A stretch of DNA of 63,930 nt, filler included, from Sandaracinaceae bacterium (GTDB lineage: Bacteria > Myxococcota_A > Polyangia > Polyangiales > JADJQN01), in assembly GCA_947483975.1 (NCBI GenBank). It is 3 parts of 3 records of this genome, joined end to end, with 100 filler letters (N's around TTAATTAATTAA, not from the genome) between each part and the next. Parts side by side here need not be neighbours in the genome. Positions count along the whole stretch, not along the records: positions 1 to 25,553 come from CANKOL010000029.1; 2 more parts are not named here. One strand, given 5' to 3'. Below the pieces are notes generated by a model. The model ran no database searches, was not told the DNA's origin, and saw only the letters and a list, made by a program, of their open reading frames with translations. This document shows, in pieces, positions 1 to 9,500 of this stretch (positions within the stretch are counted from its first letter, which is position 1; each line of letters starts with the position of its first letter). Made by a program: the position numbers and the translations under genes.

Positions 1-2
1 CT

Positions 3-551
3 CGAGGCGCCCGCGGCGCGCTCGTGCATGCGTGGCTCGGCGAGGCGCGCCCGCGCTCGCCGCTGCTCGCGCCCCTCGTGCGCGGCTCACTGCGCGTCTT
101 TTTCGCGGGCGGCGCCGTCCTCTGGGGCGGGGACGCGCTGCTGCGGGTCGGTCCCTTCGCCGCGGGGTTGCACCTGAGCACTGCGCCCGCGACGCAAGAC
201 TCGCTCGGCACGCTCGCACCCTCGCTCGTGCTCGGTCTCGCGGAGCTTGGTGTCGTCGGCGTCGAGGTCGGCTGGCTCGACCTCCACCTCGCCGCGCGCG
301 CGTCGGTCGGGCGGGCCTCCGTCCGCGGGCAGCCGGTCGGACCTGTGGCGTCTGGCCGTCGCCTCGGGGCGCCCTTCGCGGAAGGGGCCCTCGTCGCCTC
401 GGCGGCCGCCGTCACGGGGGCGCTCGCCTTCGGCGTCGACGTCGCGATCGGCTACTCCGCGGGGCTCGTCGCGCTGTCCGACGCGCGCGCCGCGCTCTCC
501 CTGAGCGGCGCCACGCTCTCGCTCTCCCTCAGCGTCGAGGTGCTGCCATGA
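3..551 (+). CDS. Hypothetical protein, 5'-truncated at window edge (possible beta-barrel C-terminus)
   Basis: Frame open from the window edge. Alternating hydrophobic beta-strand-like C-terminus (LSLSLSVEVLP). Stop overlaps next start (ATGA at 548-551). Confidence 0.55.
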   Translation, partial: RGARGALVHAWLGEARPRSPLLAPLVRGSLRVFFAGGAVLWGGDALLRVGPFAAGLHLSTAPATQDSLGTLAPSLVLGLAELGVVGVEVGWLDLHLAARASVGRASVRGQPVGPVASGRRLGAPFAEGALVASAAAVTGALAFGVDVAIGYSAGLVALSDARAALSLSGATLSLSLSVEVLP

Positions 552-1291
552 ATCGTCGACTCGCCTCGTACGCGCTCGCCCTCGGCGCGCTCCTCGCAGG
601 CTGCGCCACGCGCGAGGCGGCGCTCGTGTCGGCCCCCGTGGACGCGGGCGCGGACCGCTCGACGCCCGTGCCACCGCTCACGGACTGCCCCGCGGCGCTC
701 GCCGCGTACTTCGCGGGCGGCGCGCCGGCGTGCGACTTCATCGGGTCCTGCGGTGCGCCCGTCGGCGCGTGCTGCACGCAGAACGTCGAGTGCGCGGGCG
801 GTCTCGTCGTCGGCGCGCCGCTCTCGTGCGAGGTGGGCTGCGTCGAGTGTCACGTCGATCGCGACTGCCCCGCGACGCAACTCTGCGACGGCGCCCGCTG
901 CCTGCCGTGCCCGTTTCCGCCCGACGGCTCCGCGTGCCTGCCGTGCCCCGTCCCGCTCGAGCGCGTCGTGCGCAACAGCTGCGCGACCTGCGACTGCCGC
1001 CCGCCGAGTCAGTGTCACGGAGACGCCGAGTGCGCGGCCGGCGACCGCTGCCTGCCGGGGCAAGCGTGCGACCCCGCGTGTCCCGCGCCGGATTCACTCG
1101 CCTGCTGCGCCAACGCCTGCGGCGCGAGCAGTTGCCCGTTCCCCGTGCCGCTCGGCTGCGTCTCGGCCTGTCCGCCTGAGGTGCTGTGTCCTGGGCCGTG
1201 CATCTCCACCGCGTGCAGGTGCGACGGGATGACGTGGACGTGCGATCGGGTGTGCGCGCCGCCCGGCTATCCTGTGCGCTGCGCCCTGTGA
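548..1291 (+). CDS. Cys-rich lipoprotein
   Basis: MNRRLASYALALGALLAGC lipobox followed by many CxxDxDC-type Cys clusters. Translationally coupled to the upstream ORF. Confidence 0.75.
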   Translation: MNRRLASYALALGALLAGCATREAALVSAPVDAGADRSTPVPPLTDCPAALAAYFAGGAPACDFIGSCGAPVGACCTQNVECAGGLVVGAPLSCEVGCVECHVDRDCPATQLCDGARCLPCPFPPDGSACLPCPVPLERVVRNSCATCDCRPPSQCHGDAECAAGDRCLPGQACDPACPAPDSLACCANACGASSCPFPVPLGCVSACPPEVLCPGPCISTACRCDGMTWTCDRVCAPPGYPVRCAL

Positions 1292-1524
1292 ATCGGAGGC
1301 TCGCGCGCTGATTTGCGCGAAACCTTGAGCCGTTCGGCGGGGCCCGCTCCGCTCCGACGACCGACCGCGCGACGGCGCGACCGCGAGGCAGCGAACACCG
1401 TCCGCCCCTGACGCCGGCGCGATGTAGCCGGGGCCCGCGCACTGCCCGGGAGGCCCTCGACGCCGCGTGCGTCGGGGGCCTTCGCGCGTCGGCGTGCGCG
1501 GCGCGCGGTGTACGATGCCGCGCG

Positions 1525-3147
1525 ATGCCCAGCCTGAGCGCACCCGCACTCCGCGTCTTCGTCGCCGTCGTGCTCGCCGGGGCGACGCACTCGCCCGCGA
1601 GCGTCGCCTACGCCGCCGACACTGTCCTGCCGATCGACGGTGACGTGCCCACGGACGGCGCGTACTTCGAGGTTCCGTTCGAGGTCCCCGCGGGTACGCT
1701 CGAGCTCGAGATCCGGCACGACGATCTCTCCTCCGTGAACATCCTCGACTGGGGCTTGCTCTCGCCGAGCGGCTTCCGCGGCTACGGAGGCGGCAACACA
1801 GAGCCCGCGGTGCTCAACGCGGCAGCGGCGTCGCGCAGCTACCTCCCCGGCGCGATCGAGCCCGGCACTTGGCGCGTCTACGTCGGCAAAGCGAAGGTCA
1901 CCGAGCTTCCCGCGCGCTACGCCATCGAGGTGGTCCTGCGCGACACCGTGACCCTCGCCGCGCAGCCCGAGCGCGCGCCGTATGCGCCCGTCGCCGCGCT
2001 CGAGACCAACGCGCGCTGGTACGCGGGCGACTTTCATGTGCACACGCGCGAGAGCGGCGACGCCTCGCCGTCGCTCGAAGAAGTGGCCACGTTCGCCGAG
2101 TCGCGCGGCCTCGACTTCGTGATGCTCAGCGATCACAACACGACCTCGCAGCTCGAGCTGATCGCCGCGACGCAATCGGCGCATCCGTCGCTGCTGCTCG
2201 TGCCCGGCGTCGAGATCACGACCTACGAGGGGCACGCGATGGGGCTCGGCGCGACCGCGTGGATCGACCATCGCCTCGGCTTCGACGGGCGCACGATCGA
2301 TCAGGTCGTCGCCGAGGTGCACGCGCAGGACGCGCTCTTCTCGATCAATCACCCCGCGTTCTCCCTCGGTGACGCCTGCATCGGCTGCGGCTGGACGGCG
2401 ATGCTAGGCCCCGACGCGCTCGACGCGGTCGAGCTACAGACCGGCGCGCTCAGCGTGACGGGCGTGTTCTACGCGCGCAGCGAGCGCTTCTGGGAGGATC
2501 TCGTCGCCGCAGGCCATCACGTCGTCGCGCTCGGCGGCAGCGACGATCACAGCGCGGGCACCGGCACGGGCATGTTCGACAGCCCCATCGGCAGCCCGAC
2601 GACGATGGTCTACGCGCAAGAACTGAGCGTCGCGGCGCTGATGGAGGGCGTGCGGCGCGGGCGCACCGTCGTGAAGCTCGAGGGCCCGGACGACCCGCTG
2701 ATCGAGCTCTCGTCGCCAGACCTCGGCGCTGACACGGACACCATCGTCGCCGACCGCGCGACGTTCCGCGTGCGCGTCACGGGCGCCGCGCTCGGTAGCT
2801 CGTTCCGCGTCGTCCGCGATGGCGCAGCGCTCGCGCCCGTCTCCGTGACGGCCGACCCGTTCGAATGGGAGACGACGCTCGACGCGACCGGGACGGGCGA
2901 CGACTTCATCCGCGCAGAGCTCGTCAGCAGCGGGCGCGCGCGCGTCGTCACGAGCCATCTGTTCTTGCGCGGCGTGACGGTGCGTCCGCCAGACGCAGGC
3001 GTCATCCCCGACGCAGGCTCGCCTGCGCCGACGGCGCCCGATGGCTGCTCGTGTCGTACGGCGAGCAGGACGCGCGCGGCGTCGCCCGCGTGGCTGTGTG
3101 TGCTCGGAGTCGCGGCGCTCGCGCTCCGCCGCGCGCGGCGCAGGTAG
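1525..3147 (+). CDS. CehA/McbA-like PHP-fold metallohydrolase with MYXO-CTERM sorting signal
   Basis: Signal peptide. PHP motifs GDFHVH, SDHN, GVE, NHP, GGSDDH. C-terminal GCSC + TM + RRARRR. Confidence 0.85.
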   Translation: MPSLSAPALRVFVAVVLAGATHSPASVAYAADTVLPIDGDVPTDGAYFEVPFEVPAGTLELEIRHDDLSSVNILDWGLLSPSGFRGYGGGNTEPAVLNAAAASRSYLPGAIEPGTWRVYVGKAKVTELPARYAIEVVLRDTVTLAAQPERAPYAPVAALETNARWYAGDFHVHTRESGDASPSLEEVATFAESRGLDFVMLSDHNTTSQLELIAATQSAHPSLLLVPGVEITTYEGHAMGLGATAWIDHRLGFDGRTIDQVVAEVHAQDALFSINHPAFSLGDACIGCGWTAMLGPDALDAVELQTGALSVTGVFYARSERFWEDLVAAGHHVVALGGSDDHSAGTGTGMFDSPIGSPTTMVYAQELSVAALMEGVRRGRTVVKLEGPDDPLIELSSPDLGADTDTIVADRATFRVRVTGAALGSSFRVVRDGAALAPVSVTADPFEWETTLDATGTGDDFIRAELVSSGRARVVTSHLFLRGVTVRPPDAGVIPDAGSPAPTAPDGCSCRTASRTRAASPAWLCVLGVAALALRRARRR

Positions 3148-3153
3148 CGCCCT

Positions 3154-4086
3154 TCAGGCGCTCTGCTTGGACGCGACGTGCGCGAGTCCCTGCGCGTTGA
3201 GCCCGAGGTCGAACCTCAGGAGCGCGCGGTCCTCGGCGTCGAGCGTGAGCCCGAGGTCCGCGACGGTCTTCTCGAGCGCCGCCTCGAGCCGACCACGGAT
3301 ATGCGCCTCGGAGTCCGCGCGACCGACCGCCTCAGCGACCAGCGTCTTCGAGAGCTCCAGCCAGCCGCGCAGCTGCTCGGCGACGACATAGAGGTCGTCG
3401 ATCTCGCCGAAGTGCGTGAGGCACGCCGTGCGCGTCCCGAGCGCGAGCACCCGCTCGACGCTCGCGATGGCCGCGTCCGCGTCGAAGTCCGTCGGGCTCG
3501 TCGAGGGGAAGGCGAGGCGCCCACCTCGCTGCAAGCGCGGGTAGACCAACCCGAAGGTGTCACCCGTATAGACCGTGTCGCGCGCCTCGTCGTGCACGAT
3601 GAAGTGATGGTTCGCGTGCCCGCGCGTGTGCCAGAAGCGCAGCGCCGCGTCGCCCAACGCGACCTCCGCGCCATCGTCGAGCGAGCGCACTCGACCTGCG
3701 TCGATGGGCTCGATGGTCCCGTAGAGCGAGTCGAAGCGCTCGGCGCCGTAGACGACCCGCGCGCTCGCGACGAGCTTGCTCGGATCGATCAGGTGCCGCG
3801 CGGCGCGGGGGTGCGCGAGCAGCGTCGCGTTCGGGCACGCCCGCATCAGCGCCGATGCGCCGCCCGCGTGGTCGAGGTGCACGTGCGTCACGATCACGTA
3901 CCGCACCTGCGCCGGATCGAGGCGCTGTTCCTCGAGCGCCGCGAGCAATCGCGGCACGGCGTGCGTCGTGTTCGTCTCGATGAACGCCGCCTCGTCGCCC
4001 TGCACGCGCAGGTACGCAGCGGCGAGCCCCGGGGAGACGTACTCACAGTCGATCGTCATCAGGCTCAGGGCGGTCACGCGAGCCAC
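3154..4086 (-). CDS. MBL-fold metallo-hydrolase
   Basis: THVHLDHAGG (HxHxDH), GHANHH, TGD, THFG motifs. Confidence 0.9.
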   Translation of the reverse strand: MARVTALSLMTIDCEYVSPGLAAAYLRVQGDEAAFIETNTTHAVPRLLAALEEQRLDPAQVRYVIVTHVHLDHAGGASALMRACPNATLLAHPRAARHLIDPSKLVASARVVYGAERFDSLYGTIEPIDAGRVRSLDDGAEVALGDAALRFWHTRGHANHHFIVHDEARDTVYTGDTFGLVYPRLQRGGRLAFPSTSPTDFDADAAIASVERVLALGTRTACLTHFGEIDDLYVVAEQLRGWLELSKTLVAEAVGRADSEAHIRGRLEAALEKTVADLGLTLDAEDRALLRFDLGLNAQGLAHVASKQSA

Positions 4087-4152
4087 CGTAGCCGCCGGGC
4101 CGCGTTCGTGGTAGGCAGGTTGCCCCTTTTCCCCCCGTCGGAGGCCTTAGTG

Positions 4153-5535
4153 ATGATGAACGCATGGAAGTGGATGCCGGTGCTCGTGCTCGCGAGTGCC
4201 CTCGCCGCGTGTGGCGATGATGACGCGACCCCGATGACGGACGCGGGTCCGGCCGACGCGGGCGCGGACCTCGGTCACCCGGACCTCGGCCACGACGCCG
4301 GCCCGCCCGATGCCGGCGCCCTCGACACGAACAACTCGTTCGCCGACGCCGTCACCCTGACGCTCGGCGCGGCGACTGGCGCGATGGACACCATCGGCGC
4401 CATCGACGACAAGGACTACTTCAAGTTCGAAGCGACGGCCGACCAGTGGATCACCCTGAGCACGACCGCGAACCCCGATGACGTCAGCGGCATGGTCGAC
4501 ACCGTCATCACGCTCTACGACGCCTCGATGGTGCAGGTCGCCGAGAACGACGACGCCCTCCCGCGCGCCAGCACGGACTCCGAGATCATCTATCACGTGA
4601 TCACGGCAGGGACGTATTACGTGGAAGTTCAGGACTTCTCCGACTGGGTGAATATGTCGCCCGAGGCGCACCCCGCGGACGTCTACGAGGTCAACGTCGG
4701 CGAGCTGAACATCGCCGCGACCGGCATCACGCAGGATCCGGAGCTCGGCAACGACGCCGCGAGCGCCGCGCCCCTCGAGTTCTTCACGTCGGGCGGCGGC
4801 CTGCTCGTCGGTATGTTCGAGAACGTCGCGGACGTCGACGTCTACACGGTCACGACCACCGAGACGCAGATCTTCCAGGCGACCTTCATGCCCGCGGGCG
4901 ACACGGGCTACGGCTCGACGACGCCGGCTGGCGCGGCTTGGGTCACCAACATGGCGGGGACCGAGATCCTCGCGCGCCTCTCCGACCTCTCGGTGCTCAA
5001 CGAGCTCAGCCCGTCGCTCGCCGCGGGCTCGTACCTGCTGTGGATCAACCGCCCGGCCGGCACGGTCGGCGCGAACGACTTCTACGTCACCAAGGTGCTC
5101 CGCGGCACCGAGAACCCGGCGGAGCTCGAGGAGGCGACCAACGGCGTCCTCGCGACGCCGGAGTTCATCCCGCTCACGGCGCCCGCCGGCACGACGGATA
5201 TCCGCAGCGGCTTCGTCCTCGCGCAGCTCCCGGCCGGTGACACCGACTACTACTCGATCGACGTGCTCGCCGGCGAGCAGGTCAGCGGCGCGTGTGGCGC
5301 GGAGACCAGCGGCTCGGGCCTGCGCGGCCTCAGCCTCGCGCTCCTCGACAGCACGGGCGCGAGCCTCGCGACGGCCACGGAGACGACCGCCGACAGCGGC
5401 GCCGTCATCCGCGCGACCACCGTGACCGCGCCGGGCACGTACATCTTCCGCCTCACGGCGGCGAGCCAGGACGCGACGGTCACGGGCAGCTGGGCGCGCT
5501 GCGGCTTCCGCGCGATCGTCCCCGCGGCTCCCTGA
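4153..5535 (+). CDS. Lipoprotein with repeated PPC (pre-peptidase C-terminal)-like domains
   Basis: LAAC lipobox and DAG-rich linker. Repeated DxDYF/DVDVY/DTDYY...GTYY motifs. Real start taken at ATG 4153 within the longer shadow ORF. Confidence 0.75.
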   Translation: MMNAWKWMPVLVLASALAACGDDDATPMTDAGPADAGADLGHPDLGHDAGPPDAGALDTNNSFADAVTLTLGAATGAMDTIGAIDDKDYFKFEATADQWITLSTTANPDDVSGMVDTVITLYDASMVQVAENDDALPRASTDSEIIYHVITAGTYYVEVQDFSDWVNMSPEAHPADVYEVNVGELNIAATGITQDPELGNDAASAAPLEFFTSGGGLLVGMFENVADVDVYTVTTTETQIFQATFMPAGDTGYGSTTPAGAAWVTNMAGTEILARLSDLSVLNELSPSLAAGSYLLWINRPAGTVGANDFYVTKVLRGTENPAELEEATNGVLATPEFIPLTAPAGTTDIRSGFVLAQLPAGDTDYYSIDVLAGEQVSGACGAETSGSGLRGLSLALLDSTGASLATATETTADSGAVIRATTVTAPGTYIFRLTAASQDATVTGSWARCGFRAIVPAAP

Positions 5536-5615
5536 GCGTTCTCCACATTCTTCGCTAGTTACCTCCGACGCCGGCCCTTGAACGAGGGTCGGCGTCGTCG
5601 TACGTGGTGTCCACC

Positions 5616-6461
5616 ATGGCCACCGACGAGCTGCGCGGGCGCACGATCATCCTCACGGGCGCGAACACCGGCATCGGCCGCGCGACCGCCGCCAACCTCG
5701 CAGCGCGCGGAGCGACGCTCGTCCTCGCCGGGCGCTCTGCCGAGAAGACCTTGCCCGTGATCGCAGCGCTCAAGGCCGACAGCGGCAACGACGCCATCAC
5801 GTTCTCGGCGCTCGCCCTCGACGACCTCGCCGCCGTGCGTCGCAGCGCCGTCGAGCTGCTCGCGAAGCACGACCGCATCGACGTGCTGATCAACAACGCC
5901 GGGGTCGCGGGGGCGCACGGCGTCACGAAGGACGGCTTCGAGATCGCGTTCGGCACGAACCATCTCGGGCCGTTTCTCTACACGCAGCTGTTGCTGCCCG
6001 CGCTCCGCAAGGCTGAGCAGGGGCGCATCGTCAACGTCGCGAGCCGCGCGCACCTGAGCGCGAAGGGCATCCCGTGGGAGACCCTGCGGCAGCGGACCAT
6101 CACGACCACCGGCCTCAACGAGTACGCGGTCTCCAAGCTCGCCAACGTGCTCCACGCGAACGAGCTCGCGCGCCGCGAGGTCGGCAAGAGCGCCGTGACG
6201 ACGTATTCGCTGCACCCGGGGGTGGTCGCCTCCGACGTCTGGAGGAGCGTCCCGTGGCCGTTCGCGGGGCTGATCAAGCTGTTCATGCTCTCGACGGAAG
6301 ACGGCGCGAAGACGAGCCTCTACTGCGCCACCGACCCCGGCTTGGCGACGACCTCGGGCCGCTACTACGACAAGAGCCGCGAGGCGAAGATGAGCCGCGT
6401 CGCGCGCGACGAAGCGCTCGCCAAGGAACTGTTCGCGCGCAGCGAGGAATGGACCAAGTGA
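5616..6461 (+). CDS. Short-chain dehydrogenase/reductase (retinol dehydrogenase-like)
   Basis: TGANTGIG, NNAG, YAVSK, LHPGVV motifs. Confidence 0.9.
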   Translation: MATDELRGRTIILTGANTGIGRATAANLAARGATLVLAGRSAEKTLPVIAALKADSGNDAITFSALALDDLAAVRRSAVELLAKHDRIDVLINNAGVAGAHGVTKDGFEIAFGTNHLGPFLYTQLLLPALRKAEQGRIVNVASRAHLSAKGIPWETLRQRTITTTGLNEYAVSKLANVLHANELARREVGKSAVTTYSLHPGVVASDVWRSVPWPFAGLIKLFMLSTEDGAKTSLYCATDPGLATTSGRYYDKSREAKMSRVARDEALAKELFARSEEWTK

Positions 6462-6538
6462 GCTGAGCGCGGCGGGGCGCACGCGGGCCTGCGCGCGGCT
6501 CGCGGATGTTGGCGTTCCTCGTGCATTGTGTCGGGCTC

Positions 6539-7459
6539 ATGCTCACTCGTCGGCACGCTCTGGCACAACTCGCGCTCCTCGCGACCTCGGTCGCGCTCCT
6601 CTCCGCCTGCGGGGCTTCGCACCCCCTCGAGCCAGGTGACGGTGCGGCGCCCGACCTCGTCAGCGCCGACGGCGGCAGCCTCGACGGTGGCAGCCTCGAC
6701 GCTGGCGTCGACGAAGGCGTCATCGACGCCGGGCCACGCAACCCCTGCGACGCGCAGGACGCACACGAAGCGGCGTGTCCGGTGTCCCTCTGCGATGGCC
6801 CCGACGGCTGGTACTGGAACGGCGACCGCTGCTTCTCGATCACCTGCGGCGGCTGCGAGGGCACGGCTTGCGCGGCGCGCTTCGCCTCCGAGGGCGAGTG
6901 CGTGATGGCGCACACCGCGTGCGAGCCGAGCCTCTGCCGCGGCAGCGGAGGCGACTGGCTCTTCTGGGCGCAGGAGTGCCTGCACTACCAGTGTGGCCAC
7001 TCTGTGCCGGCGGACTGCGCGTTCGGCCGACCCGTCTGCGACTGCGGCCCGCTGCGCACCTTCGACCCGACCGTCGGCTGCGTCGCCGACCCTTCGTGCG
7101 CCGTCGGGCCGCCCATCCCGCCCCGCGAGCTCCTCTGCACGGGTAGCGGCGGCAGCTGGGAGGGGATCTGCTGCGACACGGTGTGCGGGGACTTCTGCCC
7201 GCTCGCTTGCGCGACGCCCGCCTGCAACTGCGGCGCGGGCCGCGTCTTCGACGACGCGCGTGGCTGCATCGAGTCGACGCGCTGCTTCGAGCGCAGCGTC
7301 GGCGAGACGTGTGACCCGCGGGCCCGCTGCGCGAGCGGTTCGCTCTGCTGTCAGACGTGCGGCGGGGCCGGCTGCTTCGGCGCGGCGACCTGCCGCGCGC
7401 CGACGTGCAGTCCGGACCCCGCGATCGACACCTGCGGGAACAACCGGTTCGCGCCGTGA
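6539..7459 (+). CDS. Cys-rich lipoprotein
   Basis: LLSAC lipobox, DGG/DAG linker, internal Cys repeats (LC..SGG.W...C). Confidence 0.75.
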   Translation: MLTRRHALAQLALLATSVALLSACGASHPLEPGDGAAPDLVSADGGSLDGGSLDAGVDEGVIDAGPRNPCDAQDAHEAACPVSLCDGPDGWYWNGDRCFSITCGGCEGTACAARFASEGECVMAHTACEPSLCRGSGGDWLFWAQECLHYQCGHSVPADCAFGRPVCDCGPLRTFDPTVGCVADPSCAVGPPIPPRELLCTGSGGSWEGICCDTVCGDFCPLACATPACNCGAGRVFDDARGCIESTRCFERSVGETCDPRARCASGSLCCQTCGGAGCFGAATCRAPTCSPDPAIDTCGNNRFAP

Positions 7460-7798
7460 ACCGCGCGCGGCGCCGCCGCCTTTCGCTCGCGCTGGCGTGC
7501 GCGCTCGTGCCGCTCGTGGCCTGCTCCTCGTCGTACGGTCTCTCGTCCGAGGGCGTCGCGGACGCCGGCACGGACGCGGGGCTCGTCGGGGAGCTCGTGC
7601 GGCACGCACAGGTCGAGCGGCACGACGACGCCTTCCTCGTGAAGAGCCCGGCGGTCGTCGCGCTCGTTCGCGCCCGGCGTCGGCTGCGTCCCCGACGCGG
7701 CGTGTCCCGCGGGACCGCCCGTGCTGCCGCGCGAGCAGCGCTGCGTCGAGAGCGGCGGGCGCTGGGCGAACCTCTGCTGCGACAGCGTCTGCCTCGCG
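7456..7798 (+). pseudogene. Disrupted paralog of the upstream Cys-rich lipoprotein, carrying an inverted merR fragment
   Basis: Lipobox LVAC, then an 89-bp merR-derived segment. After it, in another frame, FAPGVGCVPDAACPAGPPVLPREQRCVESGGRWANLCCDSVC matches FDPTVGCVADPSCAVGPPIPPRELLCTGSGGSWEGICCDTVC of the upstream gene. Truncated at the merR stop. Confidence 0.7.
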
Positions 7799-8168
7799 CT
7801 ACTTCTTCTTCGGCTTCAGGGGCAGCTTCGCGGCGCGACCCGAGCGCACGAGCTCGCCGAGCGCCCGCTCCATCTCCCGCGCGAACACGGTCCGCACGGC
7901 CTCGAGCCCGAGCGGACGCAGCGCGGCGAGCGCGTGCGACAGATCCTTCCCTTCGCCGCTCGCGTCGCGGACGAAGAGCTCGACGATCTCCTCCGCCGAG
8001 CGCCGCAGGTGCTTGGTCAGGATTTTCGCGGCCTTCGTCGAGACCTCGAGGTCGACGCCCGCGCCGGCGAGCTTGCCCGCGAGCGCGACGAGCGCCGGGC
8101 TCTTCACGAGGAAGGTGTCGCCGTGCCGCTCGACCTGCGCGTGCCGCACGAGCTCCCCGACGAGTCCC
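7578..8168. repeat. 89-bp inverted repeat (7578-7666 vs 8080-8168)
   Basis: Manual alignment of 7578-7666 to the reverse complement of 8080-8168 shows about 5 mismatches. Confidence 0.9.
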
Positions 8169-8536
8169 ACGCCCTGCTGTCCGAAGACCTCGAGCAGCTC
8201 CCGCTCGCTCATCGTCCGCGGTCGGTCGTCGGCCCACGGAGCCTGCAGCTCCGCGTCGAGCCCGAGCCACTCGCCGACGTCGAGCTCGCGCGCGTCGAGG
8301 CGCTTGATCAGGTCGCGGATGGCGTCGATCCGGAGCCCGCGGTCCTGCAGCTGGGCGACCAGCGCCAGGCGCTCGACGTGCTTCTTGCCGTAGTACGCGA
8401 CGCGCCCCTTCATCACCGGCGCCGGCACGAGCCCCTTGCTCTGATAGAAGCGGATCGTGCGGGTCGGAACTTTCGCGAGCCCAGCCAGCTCGTCGATCGT
8501 CAGCGTCGCGTCGGGGTTTGGGTCGGCTTGGGTCAA
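7799..8536 (-). CDS. MerR-family transcriptional regulator
   Basis: TIDELAGLAKVPTRTIRFYQSKGLVPAP...YYGKKHVERL MerR HTH. Start uncertain (TTG 8536 or GTG 8554). Confidence 0.85.
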   Translation of the reverse strand: MTQADPNPDATLTIDELAGLAKVPTRTIRFYQSKGLVPAPVMKGRVAYYGKKHVERLALVAQLQDRGLRIDAIRDLIKRLDARELDVGEWLGLDAELQAPWADDRPRTMSERELLEVFGQQGVGLVGELVRHAQVERHGDTFLVKSPALVALAGKLAGAGVDLEVSTKAAKILTKHLRRSAEEIVELFVRDASGEGKDLSHALAALRPLGLEAVRTVFAREMERALGELVRSGRAAKLPLKPKKK

Positions 8537-8667
8537 GGAACGAAGTCCTATCACGGGTCTACGTCTATGCGCCAGTGCAGACCGCGACAGTCGCAGATGT
8601 AACGATTGCGCTGGGCGCGCACGAGTCGCTTGCTTGCCCTGGGACGCTCCCGTATCACCGCCCCCCC

Positions 8668-9429
8668 ATGCCCAAGACCGCGCCATCGCCGCAGACCGAG
8701 CCCGCGCCTCAGACCAAGGCGACGCCCCACGCGGAGGCCGCCGCGAAGGCGGAGGCTGCCGCGAAGCCGGAGGCTGTCGCGAAGCCCGAGGCTGCCGCGA
8801 AGCCGGAGGCTGCCGCGAAGCCGGAGGCTGCCGCGAAGCCGGAGGCTGTCGCGACGACCGACGCTGCGCCGCAGACCGAGGCGGGCGCGAGCCCCGATGA
8901 TGGATCCGCCGTCCCCGACGAGCCGCCGACCGTCACCGAGCGTCGTCGCCTTCAGGAGCAGCTCGAGGCGCTCAAGCGGCGTGAGGCGGAGCTGCGACGT
9001 GCGCTCGCGCTCGCGGATCACCCCGCGCTCGCCGACGCTGCGCGGCTGCTCGAAGGCCGCGCATACTCGGTCAGTCGCGCCGACGCGAAGCTCGCGCAGG
9101 GGCTCTCCAAGAGCGAGGAGCGTCGCGTCGAGACCGTCGGCAAGAAGCTCGCGGCCGCGCGCGGCAAGCGTGAGGAGCTCGATCAACAGATCGCGGAGCT
9201 CGAGCGCGAGCTCTCGCAGCTCGGGGTCGAGCGCACGGCGACCTTCCGCGCCGAGCGTCGAGACGCGCTCGTGCAGCTGATCGCCGAGCTGAACACCCAC
9301 GATGACGCGTTCCGCGCCGCGGGCGTCGAGGTCGTCGCGCTGCTGCCGCAGCTCGGCGAGTGGATGGCCGAGATCCGCGAGCTTGCCGCCGAGCTCGCCT
9401 CGCGCCGGTTCGCGCCGCCCGCCGCCTGA
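8668..9429 (+). CDS. Hypothetical coiled-coil protein with KPEAAA repeats
   Basis: ORF with host-like codon bias. Low-complexity N-terminus and heptad-rich C-terminus. Confidence 0.7.
   Translation: MPKTAPSPQTEPAPQTKATPHAEAAAKAEAAAKPEAVAKPEAAAKPEAAAKPEAAAKPEAVATTDAAPQTEAGASPDDGSAVPDEPPTVTERRRLQEQLEALKRREAELRRALALADHPALADAARLLEGRAYSVSRADAKLAQGLSKSEERRVETVGKKLAAARGKREELDQQIAELERELSQLGVERTATFRAERRDALVQLIAELNTHDDAFRAAGVEVVALLPQLGEWMAEIRELAAELASRRFAPPAA
8731..8854 (+). repeat. 18-bp coding tandem repeat (GCGAAGCCGGAGGCTGCC), about 6-7 copies
   Basis: Directly visible. Encodes AKPEAA. Confidence 0.9.
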
Positions 9430-9500
9430 CCTCCGCCGCATCCGGCCTCGACCGACGAGCGCGCGCTTGCGAAGGCGCGTCCGAGCGGTAAATCCCGCCG

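Noticed and set aside
7578..8168. DGR template/variable repeat pair
   Set aside because: Copies are inverted, mismatches go in both directions and include a G/C change, and there is no reverse transcriptase in the window.
8731..8854. CRISPR-like repeats (also 38143-38310 and the 60500-63600 repeats)
   Set aside because: Contiguous in-frame coding repeats without unique spacers. No cas genes.
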